A stretch of DNA of 55,179 bases, the filler included, from Trypethelium eluteriae (Eukaryota): the NCBI GenBank assembly GCA_051942245.1. It is 2 parts of 2 records of this genome, joined end to end, with 100 filler letters (N's around TTAATTAATTAA, not from the genome) between each part and the next. Parts side by side here need not be neighbours in the genome. Positions count along the whole stretch, not along the records: positions 27,645 to 55,179 come from JAVECL010000331.1; 1 more part is not named here. One strand, 5' to 3'. Every line of letters begins with the position of its first letter. Positions within the stretch are counted from its first letter, which is position 1. The notes under the pieces are model-generated. The model was not told the DNA's origin. It did not search any database and was given only the letters and a program-made list of their open reading frames with translations. A program made the translations under genes and the position numbers. This document shows, in pieces, positions 38,591-48,291 of the stretch.

Positions 38591-39999
38591 CCATATAAGT
38601 CTCCAGGGCGAGTCTGTTCTCTCGGGCGATAGAACGCAATGATCGGTGATCGGTGAGCTGCCAAGTCTAGTCTAGCAGGATTGGGCTCAGCTTACTCGTG
38701 CAGCTCAACCACACGTGGAATAGTGGCGTGTCTGGACGTAGCTGCTTCGCAAGGATGGTCAGCTTAAGGTGCAGCCAAATCCTTAAGTAGCTAGCTTTCC
38801 GTAGCTGAGAACCAAGCAACCTTCTCACTACCAATTGTGAACCTTCAACATCGCAGAGGCTGAACGAGATTGTGGGCACCGAGTACGCCGTACGCGTCTC
38901 ACATAATATTGACTCTCTCCAAGCCGCTCTCTGCCAGCCGTCTCCCCACCGTTCTCTAACTAGGTAAATGCCGTAGATAGGTACCCGCGCGTGTCGTATG
39001 GGAGCGAGAGCACTTATCGACAACAACCACGCCACCGGGAGAGTCACGGATATCCGTGCACTTCGTATGTTTTCAACAATTCTGCAATGAATCAGAAGAG
39101 AAAATAGTTGTTGCAATTGTTTAAAAGGTCTCTATACTTTTCTATTTTCCCCTGGTGCGAATCGAGCCTGATTCTAACATAATACTTAAAGAGTAAACTT
39201 CAGCTAATTGGCTTTTCAGAATAGGTAGTTGGGAGTCATGGTCGCGAGCATGTTCTCGAGAAGTGTTCCCGTGAAGTATGTCGTTGGGGGTCTGAGGCTG
39301 ATTTATCTGCCACGCGGCTGCATATAACCCTAGACACTGGACCAATACGTCTGAATAAGGTATCGTGCAGCCAACGACCTCATATCCACAGACCCGTGGT
39401 CCCATTCCAGGACAAGACTTTCCCACCTGAAGCTCGGTTAAATCATTATTCACATATCCCTGTCCTTTCTTCTCTTTCAAGACCATCGGGTGAAGCAGCC
39501 GAGTGCTCCCGGCAAAACTTGGAAAATGTGGGTCACAATGTGAAAGATCATCATCCCAGGGGCCTGGGCATTCTATGTACCGTATTTCAAGCTCATGAAT
39601 CATCCGCCACGATACATGTATAATGTGAGTCTCTACAATATACATCATATATTTACATGGCTATATACAAAATGTCACAGAAACTGCCAGCTGTTATTAG
39701 GAATTCAAATGGAATACATAATTTCATGGATGCGGTCTACTGCATATCTCCCGCCTCAGCAGAAAAATTTTGAGATGGCGCATGGCGTTTGCCTAGAATC
39801 TTTCTCTAGATTCCTTCTTTAGAATATTTCTAGGCTTCGATCAGCCCCTCGGGCCGCTCAGCTCTTGACCTCGGGATGTGTGTTGGTAAGCACGCATGGC
39901 GAGATTGAAAAAGGCCATGGCCAGCAACTTTTTGACTGAGTGAAGCTCCTGGGATTCAATATCTCGTATCATACGACCAATCTCTCGAACTTTTCTACA

Positions 40000-41606
40000 A
40001 TGGCATTCAGAGCCCTCTTCTTCCTTGCCTTGCTTGGCGATCTTGTCTCTGCTGCCGCCTCGTTTCCACGGCAGACGTATAACAATACATCTTCTGCGAA
40101 CCAAGCCTGTCATCAACTCACTGCTGCATTTCCCCAAAAGCTTTTTGCAGCTGGCACGGCTCAGTTTGAAAATCAATCCCTTGCCATCTGGTCCGAGACT
40201 TGTCTCATCACGCCGAGCTGCGTATTCCTACCTTCCTCTGCTGCAGACATCAGCAGTGCTCTCGCTATTATCAAATCAGCTGGCTCTCAGTTCTCCGTCC
40301 GTGCCGGTGGGCATATGCCCGTGCCGGGTGCGCAGTCCGTGGACCCGGGCGTATTCATCTCCCTCAACAACCTCAACGATCGCACTCTCAACACCACTGC
40401 CGGTGTAGCTTCCATCGGGCCTGGACAGACCTGGGAAGATGTGTACAGCTGGCTCGCCCAATATGGCCTGGCTGTCAATGGCGGGCGCTATCCAAGCGTC
40501 GGCGTCGGTGGCGTACTTATCGGTGGCGGCATCGGGTATTTTGCCAGCACGCAGGGCTGGGGATGTGACAGCGTGGTCGCATTTGAGGCTGTACTGGCTG
40601 ACGGAACGATCGTGCAAGTTGAAAAAGGCGACAACAATTACGCGGACCTATTGTGGGCGGTACGCGGCGGGCATAACAATTTCGCGATTATCACGCGCTT
40701 CGACATGGAATACTTTCAAGCATCATCTGCTTACGCCCAGGTGATCGCGTGGAACGCCAGCGCCCCAAGCACGTCGGACGAGTTCTTCGCCGCGTTGGAC
40801 GCGTATATGGCTCCCGGCGGCGGTGTTGACGATATGAGCGTAGCAATCATCCCGACAGTGGCGGCTTCACCGTCATTGGGTCTATACGAGGTCGTCACCG
40901 ACCAGTTCGCGCTTGGCAACGATAGCAAGCCTGCGGCATTTGCCAATTTTTCCAAGGTAAACGGGCCCATTACTGCCCAGGCTGGTGGCCAGGTCTACGA
41001 CACATGGACCGAGATGCCGCAGTTCCTCAACTCGACCGCAGCACGGAACATGAGGCAAATTTTCTGGAGTGTAAGCTTCAGGGCCGACCCTCGCGCCATT
41101 AGCATTGCCAACCGGACCGTCATCGACATGACATTTGCAAAATTAGCTGACGCAGCCAACGTGGCCGTTGCACTTACATACCAGCCTATCTCATCAGCAT
41201 GGCTACGGGAAAGTGCGGCGCGAGGTGGCAATGTGCTTAGTCTAGATCCTGAACTTGGGACCTTCATTGGTAAGTGCTGGCAATCCTACATCTATCATTA
41301 GGCGAAAGGGGCCTTGCTGACGCGGGCACCTACACAGCGGGGCTTATCGCCGCCCAATGGACTGATGCGGCGGATGATGCGCTCATTACACAGTTCTGCG
41401 AGGATGCCACTGCTGAGATCAAGAAGCAAACGGCAGCGCTGGGCCTGGATATTGACTTCATCTATCTCAACGATGCAGGGAAGACCCAGAAGCCGTTCGA
41501 GACGTATGGTAATGGCACCAGTCTACCAAAGCTGCAGGCCATTCAGAAGAAATATGATCCAGAGGGCTTCTATAAGAACTACTTAGCCCATGGCTTTGCG
41601 TTGTAG
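40000..41606 (+). CDS. Secreted FAD-linked oxidoreductase (berberine-bridge-enzyme/VAO family)
   Basis: Signal peptide MAFRALFFLALLGDLVSA, FSVRAGGH, GRYPSVGVGGVLIGGG, DLLWAVRGG.NNFAIITRF and YLNDA...LQAIQKKYDPEGFY. Intron 41270-41337. Confidence 0.93.
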
Positions 41607-42176
41607 TCGCAGGGATATTTTGCCATGCAGTCACGATATCCTGCACCTTTCCTTTCCCAAAGAATGTTTTGTAGATTAGTGTTATTTCTGGAATATGTGG
41701 GATTTGTGTACTCATCGCTTCATAATTATGTATAACTATGATACTCTATCTGTATCAGGCCGCTTTCCTGTTATGTAGTCTTATTTTATGGCGGTCCTTC
41801 TTGAATGTCTTTGGGACACTCAGACATATTTCACTATTAGATCTCACTGGCTTGCAGTTGAAATCTTGTATCAATTGCGAGTGCTTGCAATATTACTTGA
41901 GTCCTTGAGTGTTTCAGTGACTGTATGACATTAAGCCCGTTATCATGATCTTATTGAAACACATCACATATTGTCAAGTTGACGAAAATTGCGTAGCTAG
42001 CGACGTACACAGCCCCTTGATATGCATCTCCGTAGAGTCCACGTATACAAACAAACTCCATCTTCTCAATTCTTGATCTTATAGTAAGGTTATTGGGTCA
42101 AGTCGGCAACTGGCTAAAGCAGTATCCAATTGCAATCTGGTAAGATTTCAACGTAGTAAGACATCTCTGCCATACC

Positions 42177-43712
42177 TCAATGACAAAAAACTTGGGCAAA
42201 CTGTACAAATTCTGCATCCTTCTCCAAGACTTCCATTTCCTCGCTCTTCAGACTCAGCAGCACCTCAAAACCACCGCTTGGCCGAGGCGGCAGGACCACG
42301 CATCTCCTACACACGGCATCAAACTCGCGCCTCGGTGGCCGCAAATAGTCAATCAAGCCGCCATTGGTAAATACCTTACCGCCGAAGCGCATCTCCATCA
42401 GTGGCAGGCCCAAAAAACTCGTAAAACATGCCTCGGCTCCTTCGAACGTCGCAAAGGGGTATCGCACTGCCGAGAAGTCCGGCATAGCCGCCACAAGGCC
42501 ATAGGAGCTATGAAGGCGCTCCCGCGTAATGGACGCGACGGCCCGTCTCACAGTGTGGGCAACGGTAGAAAGCGAGGTGGTCGGCGAGATTAGCGTGGAC
42601 ATGGGCATGCGCGTCGTCGCGATGAAGATCAGCGTTCCCATGTACGCCCACGGTAGCCGCTCGCTGAACAGCAGACGCCCGTCGAACGTGGTGTCCAGCT
42701 CGGCCAATGCCCCAGGCGCGGCGTACGCTGGGTTTGAAGGATCAACTACCTCTCGCGCGCGCATGATACATCGCCATAGGAGGGCCATCAGGGCATCGTT
42801 CGCGGTAGGCGGAAGAGGCACGCGACTACCGTCCGTCGCGGTCTCGTTGGTGGTGGTGCCATCCGCTGAGTCTGCCGAGAGCCGCGTCAACTTTGCAAAG
42901 GCTGCTGCGGAGACGTAGAAGATGGTAGTCCTCATCTGTGGCGGCGGTGGCGCCTTTGTATGGTCGAGGCTAAATGACGCCTTTACCGAGAGCTCTTCTG
43001 GTGACAGCGGCGGCAGCATTCCTACGAGCCGCCAGGCCTCGTCGCTACTGTTCTCAACCTCCTCCGGCGATGGAAACTTATTGCCTGCTGCCTCCCACGC
43101 TTCTGGTACGAGGTCGTAGTCGCAACAATCTGCAGTGATAGTCAGGCTGGCTCCGGCTCTGTCGTCATCTTGATGCAAGCGCATATGTTTTGCCCACATT
43201 TTGAGTAGCAGCGAACCACTCATGCCGTCGACTAGGGAGTGGAATAGGCATACGGAAAGTAAGAGGCCACCATTGATAAAATTGGCTTGTACGATGCATC
43301 CGGGAGCGCCCTCACCATCGAGATCCCAGTTCGCATGGACCGATGGTACGAGTTGGGCGCCATCGAGCGTTTCTTGAGGGAGACCCTCATCTATCAGGTC
43401 TTCATAGTTCGGCCATGACGCCGAAATGTCATTGAAGATGACTTGAGGTGTCCAGTCTGGATGCTCCCTTGCCTCAAGCCGGCCACCGCTCTGATATTTT
43501 TCGTCCGATGGGATGGAGAAAACGCGCCTTCGAATGACTGGAAGCTCCTCTCCCGCAGTGTGAAGACTCGCCTGTAGCAGGCTTTGCACTTCAGAAAACT
43601 TGATACCAGGTTTCAGGCCGAAAGTGAGTATAAAGTTTGCGTAGAATCTAGGCATCACATTGTCCATCGGATTAAGGACATAGCGCCGTGATTCTATTAT
43701 GGCAGACGGCAT
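42177..43712 (-). CDS. CoA-dependent O-acyltransferase (Tri101/BAHD-like transferase family)
   Basis: Intronless 511 aa. LNPMDNVMPRFY, VQANFINGGLLL, HSLVDG (HxxxD), TANDALMALLWRCI and degenerate DFG (EMRFGG). Confidence 0.88.
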   Translation of the reverse strand: MPSAIIESRRYVLNPMDNVMPRFYANFILTFGLKPGIKFSEVQSLLQASLHTAGEELPVIRRRVFSIPSDEKYQSGGRLEAREHPDWTPQVIFNDISASWPNYEDLIDEGLPQETLDGAQLVPSVHANWDLDGEGAPGCIVQANFINGGLLLSVCLFHSLVDGMSGSLLLKMWAKHMRLHQDDDRAGASLTITADCCDYDLVPEAWEAAGNKFPSPEEVENSSDEAWRLVGMLPPLSPEELSVKASFSLDHTKAPPPPQMRTTIFYVSAAAFAKLTRLSADSADGTTTNETATDGSRVPLPPTANDALMALLWRCIMRAREVVDPSNPAYAAPGALAELDTTFDGRLLFSERLPWAYMGTLIFIATTRMPMSTLISPTTSLSTVAHTVRRAVASITRERLHSSYGLVAAMPDFSAVRYPFATFEGAEACFTSFLGLPLMEMRFGGKVFTNGGLIDYLRPPRREFDAVCRRCVVLPPRPSGGFEVLLSLKSEEMEVLEKDAEFVQFAQVFCH

Positions 43713-44098
43713 GGTGTATGTAACTAAATTATCTCGAGAGATTCATTACACTCAAATTCATGGCAGCATCACAGCTAAAAGCCTTGGATCACGGATTTTG
43801 TTTACGCATGCCGCGTAATCGGCTTCATCGCCAAAGACAGGATCAGTGCCGTGAAGTCAGGCCAAGTGAAACAGTCAGACGAGGCTCGGGTCTTGCCATT
43901 TTCGGAGCCTCCGGCTTAGGAAAGTAAATTTCCGGAGGCATGATCACTGTAACTGACCAACATAATAATGGGATGATTTTGAAGTTACGATGTAGACAGA
44001 TAAAACTACGTTTCTATCGTATGTTCTATGAAGCGAGTGTCTATAAACTACAAGAAACCCGTTGAGAATGCAATTAAGTTCATTGAAAAGTCATTCCA

Positions 44099-45238
44099 TC
44101 ATTCGGTCGGATTCGAATACCGTAGCGTTGTACGGCTCCAGATCTCATTGCCGCTCATCTGATACTCCAAGCCCTTCATGTAAGCCATTAGTTGCGGAGT
44201 CTTTTGTTCCGCAGAGACCGCGGCCGTCAATTCGTCGTGACGCCTCTCCCATTCGCGGCACAGTGCGTAAAGCACACGCTTTGCTGCTGCCGCTGATACA
44301 TCAGCACCTTCAGCGAAAATTGCTACGCCGGTGCACAAAACCCCGCCCTGTTCGTGCAGCGTCTTTGAGGCGAGAAGCTCCTTCTCATAGCTCCAGATGT
44401 CGTTCATGATGGCTAGGTGCTTGCTGCAATTCATGTCGACGGGGCGGGCGATAGCCAGTTCCCCTGGTGTGAGTTTAAGACCCATACAAAAGCGCATCAG
44501 AGCGGCGAGGAGCCTAGAATACAGCTATTAGTCTCACTCGCCTCTTCATCATAGAAGCGTAAGTATCAACAAACCCCTTGCCGACGTCTCGCTCCCGGTA
44601 CTCGAAATATTCTTTGAGATCCATTCTTCTGAGCCGCTTTGCATCCGTCTGAGCGCGCATGAATGTGAATACGGGTTCCAATATCTCATTGGCCATATCC
44701 AGATCGTGCTTGCGCATGCTGTCCCATAGATCATACATTATATACTCAACCGGGACTGACCGGTCAGGGAGAACGTCGCCTCGTGCAATGGGCATTAATT
44801 TGTTATTATAGGCCTCGCCATCTGCGAGGGACATGTGTTCAAGAAGGTCTACCGCAAGGTCAGTGACAAGTCCAGCTAGTCTTCATGCTAATGGAAAGCC
44901 GAACCGTCAATCAAGAAGAGAACGGTCAGAAGACGGCAGGCGAAGTGGATCCGATCATTTAGGGATATGGGAAAATACCAGCACGTTACCCTAGAAAAGC
45001 CAGCATTGATAAACTTCTTCCGACTTTTCTCATTCGGGAAAGGCCAGTGCTTGAGAAAGTAATCATTCACCTCTTCTGTCATTTGCTTCTCTAGAGGATG
45101 ACAGAGTGGTTGAAAATGCGAAGAGGGTATATCAGACAGAGTCGAGTCAATGAGAGGACGAGGCACCGGGGCGTCATGCGGCATAGACATCGGAACTCCA
45201 TTCGAGGGTTCAGTCGGAGCCAAGACCTGGGTAGCCAT
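44099..45238 (-). CDS. Sesquiterpene cyclase, aristolochene-synthase-like
   Basis: Three exons (introns 44849-44904 and 44514-44574). CHP...YFLKHWPFPNEKSRKKF..AGFSRVTC, RIHFACRLLTVLFLIDDLLE (Asp-rich motif), FMRAQTD, YRERDVGKGLL, NDIWSYEKE (NSE motif) and GLEYQMSGNEIWSRTTLRY. All are recognisable features of Penicillium/Aspergillus aristolochene synthases. Confidence 0.93.
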
Positions 45239-45759
45239 ACTGCCTTCTTTTGGTTGAAGCAGAGTGGATCCTAAGGTGAATGGATTCAAGACTCAGTGCT
45301 AGACAGCATTCAGATCACGAGTTAGTGCGAGGGAAAGCGTTTTAATATGCAAGTCCTACACACGTTTTGAGCAGAGGTACGAGAGGCAAGAATGTGCAAG
45401 ACCCTGCCTCTGCGCGGTATTTTTTGCACAATAGTAAGCACACTCTTCCTTAATTCGAGCTTACCGATCCCTACCAATTCATGTGATAGGCAACGTAACG
45501 GCTGAGGAGTGGGATTGGTCGCTCGGTGCTTACCGGATTCTGCCTGTCCGGAACGTCGGCGATGGACCTTTCCAACCGACATTCGCAGTAAGATACCACA
45601 AAGGGCTGATGTGCCGAACGATACCACACCGTGAACTGCGCTCACTCCAAAACGCAGTCTGTTTCATGCTCTTCCTGAGATGTAGATGTAAGAGGAGAGC
45701 AATAATATACTCGGTGCCGCTGGAATCACTTACTCCATACTCCACTCCAATCGACAAAG

Positions 45760-47748
45760 ATGGGCTTGCTTCAGAACATCATTGACCTGACCCTGGAGCA
45801 GGGACTATACAATTGGCGGATCTCTCTTCCAATTGCAATGATACTCTTAGCTGCAACAACTTACATTGTCACCATTCTCTTACATGTTTGGACCAAGTAT
45901 AGTGGTAAAGATGGGCAAGAGCCACCCGTCATACCATATTGGCTACCCGGGCTGGGCAGCTTAATCCCATTCGTTCGTGACACCAAAGGCTTCATTGCGA
46001 GTACTGTGTAGGTGATATTTTCGCTTCTCTCCGCAGTCCCACGAGTGCTGAGAGAATGGTACAGACGCAACTGGGGTAATGATACCCCCTACACAGTCCG
46101 GCTGCCTGCCTTCAAGGCCTATCTCATTACGCAGCCGGAGCACTTTGGTCCGCTCCTCAAAGCCACTCGCTTCCTCAGTAACAAGAAGGTTATGGCCGAA
46201 TTGATGCGCGATGTATTTGGCACGCCACCAAACGTAATGCGTACGTCTCCCTCTTCTGTTTGTCATTGCATGGTCCAAGCCCTTTGTGTGGCCCTTTTAG
46301 AAACATGCACTAAGAGCCGTACGCAGCCATGTACTTCGGCGACAATTCAGGAATCGAGGCCAAACCCGTACCAGGCAGTTCCATTCCTAGCCACCAGCGC
46401 ATCTGGCACAATCAGCATGCCGACAGCGCCAGATATCTCACGGGCGACGCGCTGCGTGGCCTAGCAGCCCGCTTCACGTCCATTCTCAGTGATGCCATTG
46501 CCAAGGTAGACGCCAGCGATCCTGTTGACTCGGGGGAATGGGTCACTATAGAAGACTTCTACCCGTGGTGGCGTTCACGAGTCTTCGCAGCCGCGACCAC
46601 AGCGCTGTTCGGTCCGCACCTCCTGCGCTTGAACCCCAACCTCGAGGAAGATTTCTGGAGGTTTGCCGACTCTATTCCCACCCTGGTGAAGCGTTATCCG
46701 GCTTGGATGGCTCCGCGGGCTCATGCTGCCAGGGCTACAATGCTGGCCAGTGTCAAAAAGTGGCATGCTTACGCACGCGAGAACTCCGATTATACCTTCT
46801 GTGGTGACAAAGCCCCCAAGTGGGATGAATACTGGGGCAGCCTGTGGTTGAAGGTGCGGCAGAGATGGGGGCAAGACACTGGTATAATGGATGACGATGG
46901 ATTGGCGAGCGAGGATCTGGCTTTGACCATCGCGTGAGTGGCGTTCTTTGATCATGAGTTTTTTTCCTACCAGTTGTCTTCTAGGAAACTGATTCACACT
47001 TAGTGCCAATGCCAATGCCATTCCAATGGCATTCTGGTACCTGATTGAGATCTATCGCGACCCGGCCCTCCTGTCGCATGTATTGCCGGAGCTAGAGACT
47101 GCCGTGACAACCCCAGCCTCACCTAACAAGGGTCAACCAGCTACTTTCGACCTGTCTCCAGTGCTTGCGTCTCCTCTGGCACAGAGCATCTACGCTGAGG
47201 TATTGCGCATGCGCATATCGTTGCTGCTCAATCGTTGCCCTGACCACAAGGATCACCAGATCGGACCTTGGACACTCAAAAAGGGCGCCTATATGACGCT
47301 GCCAACTGCACACATCGGATACCATAGTAAAGCATGGGAGCCGTACACAGATTGCGGGAATGCACCAATCAATGAGTTTTGGGCCGAGCGATTCTTGGTT
47401 CCGGATGAGACCGGGGCTGACGAAGGAGCAGACAAAACGACTCTGTCGGAGAAGAAAGATATGACGCCCAAGATGCGCTTCTCAACGGAGCATCTCGAAG
47501 GAATTTGGGTACCGTACGGCGGCGGTGCGCTGATGTGCCCAGGGCGACACTTTGCCAAACAGGAGATGATGGGTAGCGTGACCGTCTTTGCACATTATTA
47601 TGAGCTGGAGGTGATCTCAGGTAGAGCGCCACCGATGGATGACAAGTTCTATGGCATGGGTGCTCAACAGCCAGCTGAGAAGACGCCTGTGAGAATTCGG
47701 AGGAAAGTTGGCGGGTGGAAAACGGGCAACGGAGTCAGATTTGAGTAG
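45760..47748 (+). CDS. Cytochrome P450, CYP7/prostacyclin-synthase-like class
   Basis: EPPVIPYWLPGLG, I-helix ANANAIP, EVLR, AERF and heme motif YGGGALMCPG. Introns 46007-46063, 46241-46326 and 46934-47004. Confidence 0.92.
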
Positions 47749-48291
47749 CTCTCCATCTAAACACATCGAGACTGGCTTACATATGGAAAATGTCGAGTTC
47801 ACGTTTCAATGGTAGAATTTTGATGTGTATCAAACAAACCCTACCTTATCATAGCTGGAGTGCTCGGCTGAACTTCGGCTCAGCCACGCGTCAATAAAAA
47901 TTCTACTCTACTATGACATCCTTCACCGACTGTGCGCCTCCTTTGAATACGCTTTGATTGGAGTATTTAATCGAGGTCAGCCGTTCGGCATTGGACCAGG
48001 TCACTGATCATAGCTTGAGAAAAGAAGTTCAGGCCTTTCAGTCTAGTTGCAGCTTTTAGGAGTGGGGTCTTCCTGCATTCCACCGAAATCACGCCTCGCG
48101 CCTCGCCCGTCCAAGGAATGCGATCTGTTGCCATGGGCTCTGTTGATAGTTGATGTTTGCGAGACGCGAACATACATGCGAATGCGAGAATATCAAAACA
48201 ACAAGTTCCGAGGAGGTCACTTTCAAATAGGAGTATCTTCACCTTATCCCTTTTTCCTCAGCTCTCAATACATTCGTTTCGACAATACACT

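Larger units (their letters stand above)
28580..47748. other. Eight-gene sesquiterpenoid (eremophilane-type) biosynthetic gene cluster
   Basis: Contiguous P450, P450, SDR, Zn2Cys6 TF, FAD oxidase, acyltransferase, aristolochene-synthase-like cyclase and P450. Three of the gene pairs are divergent. Confidence 0.9.

Noticed and set aside
38667..39822. ORFs of 75-168 aa between the TF and the FAD oxidase
   Set aside because: No motifs, no splice logic and no codon bias. Treated as divergent promoter/intergenic DNA.
39791..39835. Inverted repeat GCCTAGAA...TTCTAGGC
   Set aside because: Only an 8-bp stem in AT-rich DNA, compatible with chance.
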